From the NCBI GenBank assembly GCA_903837785.1, contig CAILVY010000238.1:40116-104115 (forward strand): a stretch of DNA of 64,000 bases, written 5' to 3'. A program made the translations under genes and the position numbers. A model generated the notes under the pieces. It saw nothing but the letters and a program-made list of their open reading frames with translations, made no database searches and was not told where the DNA came from. Shown here piece after piece: positions 47,723 to 59,030 of the stretch (position 1 is the stretch's first letter; every line of letters starts with the position of its first letter). The DNA is from Candidatus Hydrogenedentota bacterium (GTDB taxonomy: Bacteria; Hydrogenedentota; Hydrogenedentia; Hydrogenedentales; CAILVY01).

Positions 47723-50700
47723 ATGAGCGAGAATAGAGCGATGCACGCGAAAGGCCGGCGCTGGAAGCGCTGGGCGGTGATTCTGGCGATTCTTTTGGGG
47801 ATGGGAATCGTCGCATGGCAGGGGCTGAAGCAGTATCTGCACGTGGAGCGCTACTCCCCTTTGATTTCCGCCAAAATCACGGAACTCACCGGTCTCCCCG
47901 CGTCGATTGGATCGCTCGATTTGGCATTGTTCCCCACGCTCCAATTGACGGCGCGGGACGTCGTGGCCGGCGAGGGGGATTTCCGGCTGGAGGCGGCTCG
48001 CGTCGGCATTCACGCGGGCCTGCTGGGCCTGCTCCAACGAGATCTCGCGATTACTGTCCAGGCGCCGGAAGTGACGCTGTATCTCCCCGCGGACGACGCC
48101 GGGCTCGCGAAGCGCGTTGCCGAGATGGCGGAACACATCCAGAGCGCGCAATCTTCGACCCCTCCGCAAACCCGCCCTTCGGACGGGGGCGGCCTCCGCG
48201 TGGCGGGCGTCGCGGTGAACGTGCGGCAGGTGGCCGTGGACGCTCTGGCCGTGAATCGCGGCGACGTGCTATTCGCGGAAGGCCGTGTCGAGGCGCGGGA
48301 CATTCTGTCGCCGAAGATCAGCCTGGACGTCAACGCCCGTCTCCCGAAGCTCTCCAAAGACATGGAGTTGTCCGCGGCGGCGGCCCTGTTGCTGGCGCCG
48401 GGTGAATCGCCCCGCCTGGAGGGCACGGCCTCGTTGCGGCAGGCGGATCTGGAAGACCTCTTGCAGGACGAGCGCATTCCACACATGCGGCTCAGCCTGG
48501 ACGCGAAGCTATCGGGAACCTTGCCCGAAGAAGTCCGAGGTGAACTGAGCGGTGCATTCGAGACGGAAGTGTCCGATGCGTTTGCGGGAAAAATCGGGGG
48601 CAGCGCGGAATGGAAAGCGGGGCAATTCACCCTGAGCAACGCGGAAATCGCTTCGCCCAGCCTGAAAGTGAACGCGGAAGCCTCGTGGAATCCGGGCGGA
48701 GCCGCATCCCTCAAAGTGAACTCCGCGAAGGCGGAGGGCGAAGGACTGCGGGTCTTGCTGGCGATGGCGCCCATCGCGGGAATCCGGCTGGAACCCGTGG
48801 ACCACGCGGCGTTTAACCTGTCCGGCCTCGAAGTGCGGCCGGTGCCCGGCGCGGCGTTGGGCGTGGCTTCGGGCGAACTCGCCTTCCAGGGACTTGATGT
48901 GGTTGCGGCGGTCAGCCGAAGCAAGCTGTTGAGTAATGTCACGGGCAAGATCAACGTTGAGAACAACGCGCTGCAACTGCACGAACTCGGCGTGGAAGGG
49001 ATGCGCATTTCCGGCGCGGTCAAACCGGACCTGGGCACCGGCGCGGTGCATGTGGACCTGCGCGCCGAGGCGGATTTGTCCGCGCCGCAAGTGACGGCGT
49101 GGTTTCCGGGAAACCTCGTGTCGGAAACCGGCGGCCGCCTGACCCTGACACGGCTGGCCGGCACGATCACGCCCGGGAAGGACATTCCGCCGGACCTGGA
49201 GTTGGCATGTGTGCTTCAAGAGGGGCGTCTCGCCTTGGCCGCACCCGGATATCAGGATCGCCTCTCCGGAGTCACCGCCGACTTCGCGCTGAAAGACAAC
49301 TCGATCGACGGAGCGCTGAGCGCGAATTCCGAACGGCTCGGGGCCCTCCGGTTCGAGGGCGGGTACGCGCCGCTCGAGTGGTTGCTCCGCGGCGTCGTGC
49401 ACATGGACGTGGCGCGTGCGGCACAATCGTTTCTTCAGACGGGTCCGGCGCAGGACTATGGCTTGCCGCTGGCCAAGACCCTGGGTGAATCCAAATTCGA
49501 TGTCACACTGCGCCTGCCCGGGCCGAAAGACCGCGCAATCAGCATCGAGGCGGCCCGGCAGGGTGTCCCGGCGCTGGAAGGAAAGCTGGTGATTGCCCCC
49601 GGGGCCGACGCGCCGTTGCGGCGTTTGGCGGTCTCCGCGGACATGCCGCTGGACTTGTTCGCGGCCATGCTGCCCGGCGCTGTCCGGACGGAAGGGAATG
49701 CGAAACTCTCCTTCCGCATGGGCGCAGAGGAAACGGGACTGCATCTTGAAGCGGACCTCGCAGGGGCGAGGCTCCGGGTGGGTGATTACGTGGAGAAGAA
49801 GCCGGGGGACGCCATGGGGGTGGCCGTCAAGTACCGGCAGGCGCCGGACTATGCGCTGGAGTCGGCGACGGTGACCCTGCTCGGAGAAAGCGCCGAGCTG
49901 CAGTTGGCCGGAGCGGTGCCGGGCATCCCTGCCTTGAACGTGAATCTCGCCGGGCTGTCGCCGTTGCTGGCGAAGGGGGGCTCGCTGTCCGGCCGGGTGA
50001 CGGGCGCCGTGGACTTGTCGCCGTTCAAGGCGAAGCTGCAGCTCGACGGCGCCGGCATTGCGCCGGCACCCGAAGTGGCGATCAATTCAGTAACCGGCCA
50101 GGTCGCCTATGAGGCCGGCGCGTTGCGTTGCGAAAGCCTCCGGGTCCTGGGCGCGGACAGCGACTGCACGGCCGATGCGACATTGCAGAACCAGGTCCTT
50201 GACGCGAGGGTGACGGGACAGAAGCTGAATCTCAATGCGGTGACGGCGCTGTATGACGCGTTCACCGCGCCGCCGGAGGGGACGGCGTCTTCGGCTGCAG
50301 CCCCGGCACTGCCGCCCGGCGCCCCCGCGCAGCGCATCACGGGGCGGGTCTCCGTTCAACTGGAGTCGCTGTTGTATCGCCGGGCGCGAGCGGAAGCGCT
50401 TCGTGCGGATGCCGCACTGACGCCGCAAGGCATCGACATCCATAATCTTGCGCTTCGCCAGGGCGCCGGCTCGGCACAAGGCGCGGTGCATTTGGCCTAT
50501 GGCACGCCCAATGTGCTGGAAACCAGTTTGAAGCTCAGCGGGCTGGACCTGGAGTTCATCGACGGCCTGGCGTTCGCGGAATCGCGCGGCATGCGCGGCG
50601 CCGTCACGGGACCCGTGAATCTCCGCGTGCCCCTGGCCAGCGGAGACACCCTGTACCGGGGGCTCAACGGAACCGTGGATGCGAGGGCGGAAAACGGCAC

Positions 50701-51169
50701 TTATGGCCGGGTGCGGTATGCCACTGAGCTGTTGACGGTATTGAAGGGCCTGGAGATCGTCCGGCTCAAGATGCCGCGGCTCAGGGATGAAGGCCTGACT
50801 TTCAAGACTTCCACACTCAAGCTTCGGATCACGGACGGACGGATAGCCGTGGAGGAATTCTCCGTGGAGGATCCGGCCTACGCCATGGCGGGCGGCGGCA
50901 CGATCGATCTCCCGGCCGACGCCATGGATGTGATGATCGGATTCAATCCGCTCGAATCGGTAACCGGTCTGGTGAAAGTAGTCCCGGGTGTGGGACAGGC
51001 TCTGGACCTGCTTAAGGATGGCACCGGCCTGCGAATTCGCGCCTCCGGCTCGCCATTCAGCCCCACGGTGCGGCCCGAGGCGGGCCTGCTGCCAGTGGGG
51101 ACGGAGCCCTCAAAAGGGCTGCGCGGAGTGGAAAACGTCGTAAAAGAGCTAATCAAGCCCCTGCGATAG
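47723..51169 (+). CDS. AsmA-family (TamB-like) large envelope protein
   Basis: The 1148-aa protein has an N-terminal signal-anchor (RWKRWAVILAILLGMGIVAW) followed by an AsmA-like N-terminal region (YSPLISAKITELTGLPASIGSLDLALFPTLQLTARDV). The rest is a long beta-rich Ala/Gly/Leu repetitive body. Confidence 0.6.
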   Translation: MSENRAMHAKGRRWKRWAVILAILLGMGIVAWQGLKQYLHVERYSPLISAKITELTGLPASIGSLDLALFPTLQLTARDVVAGEGDFRLEAARVGIHAGLLGLLQRDLAITVQAPEVTLYLPADDAGLAKRVAEMAEHIQSAQSSTPPQTRPSDGGGLRVAGVAVNVRQVAVDALAVNRGDVLFAEGRVEARDILSPKISLDVNARLPKLSKDMELSAAAALLLAPGESPRLEGTASLRQADLEDLLQDERIPHMRLSLDAKLSGTLPEEVRGELSGAFETEVSDAFAGKIGGSAEWKAGQFTLSNAEIASPSLKVNAEASWNPGGAASLKVNSAKAEGEGLRVLLAMAPIAGIRLEPVDHAAFNLSGLEVRPVPGAALGVASGELAFQGLDVVAAVSRSKLLSNVTGKINVENNALQLHELGVEGMRISGAVKPDLGTGAVHVDLRAEADLSAPQVTAWFPGNLVSETGGRLTLTRLAGTITPGKDIPPDLELACVLQEGRLALAAPGYQDRLSGVTADFALKDNSIDGALSANSERLGALRFEGGYAPLEWLLRGVVHMDVARAAQSFLQTGPAQDYGLPLAKTLGESKFDVTLRLPGPKDRAISIEAARQGVPALEGKLVIAPGADAPLRRLAVSADMPLDLFAAMLPGAVRTEGNAKLSFRMGAEETGLHLEADLAGARLRVGDYVEKKPGDAMGVAVKYRQAPDYALESATVTLLGESAELQLAGAVPGIPALNVNLAGLSPLLAKGGSLSGRVTGAVDLSPFKAKLQLDGAGIAPAPEVAINSVTGQVAYEAGALRCESLRVLGADSDCTADATLQNQVLDARVTGQKLNLNAVTALYDAFTAPPEGTASSAAAPALPPGAPAQRITGRVSVQLESLLYRRARAEALRADAALTPQGIDIHNLALRQGAGSAQGAVHLAYGTPNVLETSLKLSGLDLEFIDGLAFAESRGMRGAVTGPVNLRVPLASGDTLYRGLNGTVDARAENGTYGRVRYATELLTVLKGLEIVRLKMPRLRDEGLTFKTSTLKLRITDGRIAVEEFSVEDPAYAMAGGGTIDLPADAMDVMIGFNPLESVTGLVKVVPGVGQALDLLKDGTGLRIRASGSPFSPTVRPEAGLLPVGTEPSKGLRGVENVVKELIKPLR

Positions 51170-51415
51170 CCCATAAGCCTACCGCCCGGTGACTTCGGGC
51201 AGTATCGCCCTACCAAAATGTAGGACTTCGGCCTTTCTCCAGGGCAGGTCGAGAACGTCCTCCGCGTCAAGACACACCTCTTTGTAGATTTCATCCATCC
51301 CTGCCTCCATCGGCACAGGACTTCGCAAGTCCAGTACACAAAGGAATTTGTGCCGGTTTCCCACTGTTGGATTGGAAGGAAGAGGGGAAAGCCGAAGTCC
51401 CTCTGGGGACGGTTT

Positions 51416-51430
51416 TGGCACGAAGGTTGC
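51416..51430 (+). promoter_or_regulatory. Sigma-54 (-24/-12) promoter upstream of amtB-glnK-glnA
   Basis: TGGCACGaaggTTGCT matches the consensus TGGCACG-N4-TTGCW. It lies about 167 nt upstream of the amtB start. Confidence 0.55.
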
Positions 51431-51596
51431 TTAAACCTACCTGACCACCAGGTCCCTCCGGGCACTATGGCAATGCTCCGGGGCAGGCCTGGCAGTCTGT
51501 CGGATCCGGCGGGCGTTGGGTTTGGACTCTGTGACTCCTGTAATGGCAGTCGGTTTGTCAGGAGGGTCTACCCTCGAACCCCTGGAGGAGAATGCT

Positions 51597-52940
51597 GTGA
51601 AGACGTATCTCTATTCGCGAAGAATTGCCGCGGCGGGCAAAGCCGCGTTGGCCATGGCGTGTCTCGCGCTGCCCGCAGCGGCGCAGACGCCCGCCCCTGC
51701 ATTGAACACCGGTGACACGGCGTGGATGCTCACCTCCACCGCGCTGGTCTTGTTCATGACGATTCCGGGACTGGCCCTGTTCTACGGAGGCCTGGTCCGC
51801 TCCAAGAACGTGCTGTCGGTGCTGATGCAATGCTTCGGGATCACGGCGATGGTGACGGTTCTCTGGGGCCTGTATGCGTACACTTTCTCGTTCGCCACGG
51901 ACAACATGGCGGCGAACGTGAAGAACCTCAACACGTTCATCGGCGGCCTGAGCGGCCTCTTCCTCGCGCACTGCAAGGCGGACACGCTCCACGGCACGAT
52001 TCCCGAGAGCGTCTTCATCTGCTTCCAGCTGACCTTCGCGATCATAACGCCCGCGCTGATTTGCGGCGCGTATGCCGATCGCATGAAGTTCTCCGCCATG
52101 ATGCTCTTCACGGCGCTGTGGCTGACGCTCGTGTACGCGCCGATCTGCCACATGGCGTGGTCCGGTCCCGGCGCCCTGTACTTTGACTGGGGCGTGCTCG
52201 ATTACGCGGGCGGCACCGTCGTGCACATCAACGCGGGCATTGCCGCGCTGGTTTCGTGCCTCGTGCTCGGCAAGCGCCGGGGTTATCCCGACACGCCGAT
52301 GCCTCCGCACAACCTCACGATGACCGTGACCGGCGCGTGCATGCTGTGGGTGGGCTGGTTCGGATTCAACGCGGGCAGCGCGGTCGCGGCCAACGGCGAC
52401 GCGGGCATGGCGATGCTGGTGACGCAGTTGGCGACCGCGATGGCGGCCATGACCTGGATGGCGATTGAGTGGGTCAAGCACGGCAAGCCGAGCGCCCTGG
52501 GCACCGTGACCGGCGCGGTGGCGGGCCTGGTGGCGATCACCCCGGCCTCCGGTTCCTGCGGGCCGATGGGCGCGTTTGTCATCGGATTCGCGGCGAGCGC
52601 GGTCTGCTTCGTGGCGGCCACCTCGGTGAAACGCTTCTTCGGCTATGACGACTCGCTGGACGCCTTCGGCGTGCACGGCGTCGGCGGAACCGTGGGCGCG
52701 CTCTTGACGGGCATTTTCGCGGCGCCGGCCCTGGGCGGCCACGTGGCCACGTATCCCGGCATGGGCACCCAGATGATCTATCAGACGCTGGCGGTCGTGA
52801 TTACGCTCGTGTGGAGCGGAGTGCTTTCCTACATCATCCTCAAGGTCCTCGACGCGGTCATCGGACTGCGCGTGAATGCGGAAGAGGAAACCGAAGGGCT
52901 GGACAGCACGCTGCACGGCGAGACAGGCTACATCCTATGA
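51597..52940 (+). CDS. amtB: Ammonium transporter (Amt family)
   Basis: A GTG start follows a GGAGGAG ribosome-binding site at 6 nt. A signal peptide is present. Amt signatures include ...DFAGGTVVHINAGIAALV... and ...FGVHGVGGTVGALLTGIFA... Confidence 0.9.
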   Translation: MKTYLYSRRIAAAGKAALAMACLALPAAAQTPAPALNTGDTAWMLTSTALVLFMTIPGLALFYGGLVRSKNVLSVLMQCFGITAMVTVLWGLYAYTFSFATDNMAANVKNLNTFIGGLSGLFLAHCKADTLHGTIPESVFICFQLTFAIITPALICGAYADRMKFSAMMLFTALWLTLVYAPICHMAWSGPGALYFDWGVLDYAGGTVVHINAGIAALVSCLVLGKRRGYPDTPMPPHNLTMTVTGACMLWVGWFGFNAGSAVAANGDAGMAMLVTQLATAMAAMTWMAIEWVKHGKPSALGTVTGAVAGLVAITPASGSCGPMGAFVIGFAASAVCFVAATSVKRFFGYDDSLDAFGVHGVGGTVGALLTGIFAAPALGGHVATYPGMGTQMIYQTLAVVITLVWSGVLSYIILKVLDAVIGLRVNAEEETEGLDSTLHGETGYIL

Positions 52941-52956
52941 GGGCGGCGGCTTCTAG

Positions 52957-53358
<402 letters not shown>

Positions 53359-53433
53359 GAACGGCCCCGAAGTCTATATCGAGAGCGTCAAAAGCATGGG
53401 CATTGGCGCCCGGCAACCGAAAGGGAAAAGCAG

Positions 53434-54858
<1,425 letters not shown>

Positions 54859-54879
54859 GCCGACAACGCCAAATCAATC

Positions 54880-54918
54880 GGGGCGCCCGGAACTCTCCGG
54901 GCGCCCCGCAGTCTTTTT
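54880..54918 (+). terminator. Rho-independent terminator after glnA
   Basis: The stem GGGGCGCCCGG / CCGGGCGCCCC with loop aactct is followed by GCAGTCTTTTT. Confidence 0.6.
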
Positions 54919-54978
54919 CGGGCTTCAAAAATCCTACCGATTGGTCGGATTCGTCCTCTCGGTCCGATCAGAAGGCCA

Positions 54979-57714
54979 TCATTCGCCCTTGAATATCTTC
55001 GCGACCGCCGCGTCGTCCAGGGCCTCGCGAACAAACCGCACGTCGGCGATGCTGCCCTGGAACCCTTCGAGTTCGCCGTAGTTCGGGTTGCACCCGATGC
55101 CGAGGTTCTTCGGGCCGGACTGGAGGCACGGCGCGATCGCCGTGCCGGGCCCGCGCTTGCCGTTCACGTAGAGCACGATCTCGTTGAAGCGTTTTACGAC
55201 CGCGACGTGGGTCCACACGCCGTTCTCGACCGGCCCGCCCGAGAGGCGCGCGCCGCCGGAGGCCTGTTCGATGCTGACCACAAGCTCCTTGTCCTGCACA
55301 GACACGCGCAACGGATCGTTCATCGGCGCGCACCACGCCGAGATGACGTGGTGCCATTTCTTGCCGTCCGCCGTGAGATCTTTCGGGCAGAACCACGCAC
55401 TGAACGTGTAGGTCCGCAACGGAAAACGGGGCGCGTCATAAACCAGCTTCGTGGTTTGGCCGTCGAAAGCTACCGCGCCGTCGGTTTTCCCCGTGCGTCC
55501 CGCGGCCAGGCTGCCGCCCGCTTCTGAAAGCAGCGTTCCCTCCTCGGGGCGTGTCGTGCCCGCGAACGACGCGCGCAACACCGTGCCGCGGACGCTGGTT
55601 TGCGCCGCGGGATCGAGCACAAAGGAGAGCGGTCCGTTCATGGCGGCGATCCGCCGGCCGTCGCGCACGGCTTCCACCCGCCAATACAGCGTCTGGCCCG
55701 CGGGCAGTTCTTTGCCCTCATCGAGTTGCTCTTCAGACAGGCCCTCGCGATGGAGGACGATCTTCGTGAACTCGGCATCCTCCGCGACTTCGAGGTCATA
55801 CGTGGCGCCGGGCTCGCCTTCGGACCAGAGGAAGAAGACGTCTTCGACCGGCAGGCGCGCCCCGTTTTCCGGCTGCACAAGCTGAAACGGTGCCGGGGGG
55901 GCATTGCGGACCGGCAGCCACGATCGGTAATACGTACCGTGGGCGCCGGCCGTCGCGAAATCGGTCAGGAAGACCTCGCGTCCGTCCACGGCCCGGGCCT
56001 TGAAGAGGACGATGGGCTGGAACCGCGCATCGCACAACGCCGGGGTGAGTTCGAGTGTTTTCAGGTCCAGTTCCGGGAGATCGGCCGGGTCGATCGCATT
56101 ATGTTTCTGGTCAAACGCCAGCAACAGCGGCCCTTTGAACAGCGAGGTGTTGAATTGCACGTGATGGTCCCCGCGCAGGGCGCGCACGCGCATGTCGAGC
56201 GTCAGCTCAATGACGTCCCCCGCCTTCCAGGCACGTTCCACACGGAGGTAGCTTCCCGGCTGGGCGCCCGCCAGCGCTTCGCCATTCACGGCGGCCTTCG
56301 TCGCCTCGCTCCACGCCGGAATCCGCAGAAACAGCGGCGTGGCGCTCGTGGCGCCCGGCGTGACCTCGATGCGGATTGTGCCGTCGGCGGGATAGGCGGT
56401 GGTCTGTGCGAAGCGCCAGATCGCGCCGTCCGCGAGCTTTGCCTCGAAACTCCCCGGGCCGTAGTAGTTGAGGTAAAGGCCCTTCGCATCGCCAAGCACG
56501 GCCCAGTCGCTGATGAAGCCGAGGCCGCGCGGGCCGTTCACGGAGCAGCAATTCAGTTCAGGCGTGCCGGGCTTCGCCTGAAAGACAATGTGATGCGCGG
56601 AAGCCAGGCGCTTGCCGTTCATCGGCGTGTCATAGGTGCACCAGCGTCCGCTCGGATGCTCGTAGCCCAGCACCGCGTTCCAGGTCGCGCATTCCAGTGC
56701 GTCCGCCACGCGGCTGTCGGAGGAGAGGCGCAAGGCTTCCACGCTCAGCGCCATCCAGGCAACCGTGCAGCACGTCTCGATCGAGCCGGACTGGAACGGG
56801 TTGCCGACCGCCTGTTCGTTCGTCGAGAAGCTGCCGGAGTTGTGCACGTCCGTCGCGTTGATGCTGCGCCACCAGTGCAGGAGCGCGCGCTTGTAGCTAT
56901 CGTCTCCCGAAATCCGGTACAGCTCGCTCAGGCCGAGCATCGGGTGCAGGCTCTCCCAGCGCGGTTTCGGCGTCCGGTAGTACTCGATGCCTTCCATTGC
57001 CTGGCGGTAGTAATCCCCGGCGGGCGGCTTCTCCCAATCCTTCTCGATCTCCTTCATCAGGCGGAGATAGGGTTCCCTGCCGGTCTCGCGGTACAGGAGG
57101 CCGAGCGCATGGATCACCGCCATGTTCATCTCGTGCGAGCCCGCGTCATGCACGCGCTTGCCCGTGTCAAGGAAAGTCGCGCACATCAGATCCGCGGCGC
57201 GCAACGCAGCGTCGAGGGAGGCGCGGTCCCCCGTGTCGCGGTACCACAAGTACAGCGCGAGCATGCAGTGATAATGCCCCCAGAGATCCCAGCGGTCCAT
57301 GAGGTGCTTGTCCGGGAACGGCCCGAAGTAGCCGTCGGGCGCCTGTGTCGAGATGAACTCCGGAATGACCTGCTTGAGCAACGCCTCCAGTTCCGGGCTG
57401 TCCGTCATGCGATGGATCAGCACGCAGGAGGTCAGGTATTTCCCGATGAACTCGCCCGCCCACGGCATCGGCTCTTCGTAGGGCGGCTTCTTGTCACGCA
57501 GCCGCATCATCTCGATGATGCCGGGATTCGCGTCCGGCGTCGTCAGCAGCCAGTTGCGGACGATCGCGTCCAGGCGCTTGCCCGTCTCGCCTTCGAGGCG
57601 GATGCGCAAGGAGGGTTGAGAAAGTTCCGCGGTCCCTTTCGCGGCAACACCCTCCTGGGCCGCCCCGAATTGCAGCACCGGCGCCAGGCACATCAGTAGC
57701 CATCCTGCGGACAT
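54979..57714 (-). CDS. GH127-family (beta-L-arabinofuranosidase-like, DUF1680) protein with a C-terminal LamG/concanavalin-like domain
   Basis: A signal peptide is present. A GH127-like (alpha/alpha)6 region contains Cys-rich catalytic-site-like motifs (SIETCCTVAW, ELNCCSVNGPRG). The C-terminal approximately 200 aa is LamG-like. Confidence 0.7.
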   Translation of the reverse strand: MSAGWLLMCLAPVLQFGAAQEGVAAKGTAELSQPSLRIRLEGETGKRLDAIVRNWLLTTPDANPGIIEMMRLRDKKPPYEEPMPWAGEFIGKYLTSCVLIHRMTDSPELEALLKQVIPEFISTQAPDGYFGPFPDKHLMDRWDLWGHYHCMLALYLWYRDTGDRASLDAALRAADLMCATFLDTGKRVHDAGSHEMNMAVIHALGLLYRETGREPYLRLMKEIEKDWEKPPAGDYYRQAMEGIEYYRTPKPRWESLHPMLGLSELYRISGDDSYKRALLHWWRSINATDVHNSGSFSTNEQAVGNPFQSGSIETCCTVAWMALSVEALRLSSDSRVADALECATWNAVLGYEHPSGRWCTYDTPMNGKRLASAHHIVFQAKPGTPELNCCSVNGPRGLGFISDWAVLGDAKGLYLNYYGPGSFEAKLADGAIWRFAQTTAYPADGTIRIEVTPGATSATPLFLRIPAWSEATKAAVNGEALAGAQPGSYLRVERAWKAGDVIELTLDMRVRALRGDHHVQFNTSLFKGPLLLAFDQKHNAIDPADLPELDLKTLELTPALCDARFQPIVLFKARAVDGREVFLTDFATAGAHGTYYRSWLPVRNAPPAPFQLVQPENGARLPVEDVFFLWSEGEPGATYDLEVAEDAEFTKIVLHREGLSEEQLDEGKELPAGQTLYWRVEAVRDGRRIAAMNGPLSFVLDPAAQTSVRGTVLRASFAGTTRPEEGTLLSEAGGSLAAGRTGKTDGAVAFDGQTTKLVYDAPRFPLRTYTFSAWFCPKDLTADGKKWHHVISAWCAPMNDPLRVSVQDKELVVSIEQASGGARLSGGPVENGVWTHVAVVKRFNEIVLYVNGKRGPGTAIAPCLQSGPKNLGIGCNPNYGELEGFQGSIADVRFVREALDDAAVAKIFKGE

Positions 57715-57780
57715 TGTCGTAACCTCCTGTTTTGAATCACGCCAAGGGTCAGAATCACTTGCCGGGCAACGTGCCTGAAC

Positions 57781-58842
57781 TCAACCCACCGCCTGCCGAA
57801 TCGCCTTTAACTGTGCGGCGAAGTCCGCCTGGATCAGTCCGTTGAAGCCGATGGGCGCGTCCCAGGTCACGACGCCCCCGCGGCTGTTGATGTAGCGGGT
57901 ATACGCGATGGGCAGTTCGTCCGCGAAACGCTTCGGGGGCCCCGCCCACCACTCGCCGAGAAAGCTCAGGATGTGGAGCTGAGCCTTGTGGCCGTTGCGC
58001 TCGACCCAGCGGCCCAGCGGGGCCGTGTGATCATGCACGGGGAATTGGGTCGAAATCTCGCCCGCGGTGAAATCCTCGAATTCGCTGTGGCAGACGACGG
58101 GCACCTTAACGCCCGGGTTGAACCCGACGAGGCTTTCCGGGTTGCCCGCCTTGAGCGCGCCGGCAAAGCTTCCGAAATTCGGGGCCTCGGCTGCGCGGTA
58201 CATGTCGTCCGCGAAGTAGCAGCCGTCGATCCACCAGCCGTGTACATGCTTGCCCCAGCGCATCGACCACTCGCGGATGACGGCTTCCCAATTGCGTTGG
58301 AATTCAACCAGGCGCCGCTCGGCCGGGGTGCCCCAGTCGCCGCCGTTGCGCCACTTCAACTGTTGCATGGCCGTGGGATCGCGGTCGGGCGCGCCGCTGG
58401 GAAGATAAACCATCATGCGGATCTTGTGCGGGGCGAGCGCGGCCGCCAAATCAGCGATGAGGTCGCGCTTCGAGCACTTGCTCGGCCGGATGCCCACGAT
58501 GCGGTCGTACGTCTCGTTGGGCGCGCAGTAGTGCCCGGAGTTCTGGCCGATCGTGAGGAAGAAATACGGCGTGCCGATCTCCGCCAACTGCTTCGCAAGG
58601 CCTTCCACGTCGAAGGCGTCCACCTGCCGGTTCCAGTCTTCGACGGAGGTCGCTTCGCCCGTGAGGTAATGGCAGAAGACGCCGGTCTTCGCATCCTTGA
58701 ACCACGTCGTATCGGCGGGTTGGGGCCTGGCTTCCGCATTGGCCGCGGAGGCCGCGTTGGCGGCCGTCACGGCCAGTGCGGCGCCGGCAGCGGCACAGCC
58801 GAGGAAATCGCGCCGGGACAGGTTGAGTTCTTTCGAATCCAT
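57781..58842 (-). CDS. Tat-signal secreted glycoside-hydrolase-like protein (GH29 alpha-L-fucosidase-like; tentative)
   Basis: A twin-arginine leader is present (SRRDFLGCAAAGAALAV). TIM-barrel-like segments include FFLTIGQNSGHYC and WWIDGCYF. Confidence 0.45.
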   Translation of the reverse strand: MDSKELNLSRRDFLGCAAAGAALAVTAANAASAANAEARPQPADTTWFKDAKTGVFCHYLTGEATSVEDWNRQVDAFDVEGLAKQLAEIGTPYFFLTIGQNSGHYCAPNETYDRIVGIRPSKCSKRDLIADLAAALAPHKIRMMVYLPSGAPDRDPTAMQQLKWRNGGDWGTPAERRLVEFQRNWEAVIREWSMRWGKHVHGWWIDGCYFADDMYRAAEAPNFGSFAGALKAGNPESLVGFNPGVKVPVVCHSEFEDFTAGEISTQFPVHDHTAPLGRWVERNGHKAQLHILSFLGEWWAGPPKRFADELPIAYTRYINSRGGVVTWDAPIGFNGLIQADFAAQLKAIRQAVG

Positions 58843-59030
58843 GCTTCAGTCTCCCTCCGGTTTTGGCTGCGGTCTCATGCGGGAGCGGTGAAGAGAACGG
58901 CAATGACGGCATCAACGCCGGACCCGCGCGCCTTCCGGGGCATCATAGCATGAGGGCAGATGCGGGAGAACTCCTTGCGTTGCGCAGGCGAACCGGTTAG
59001 TGTGTGACGAGAATTGCGGGAGACTGGGCC

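Noticed and set aside
48010-49744. Two overlapping minus-strand ORFs (391 and 411 aa)
   Set aside because: They are antisense to the AsmA-like gene and are low-complexity.
55600-57699. 699-aa plus-strand ORF
   Set aside because: It is antisense to the GH127-like gene.
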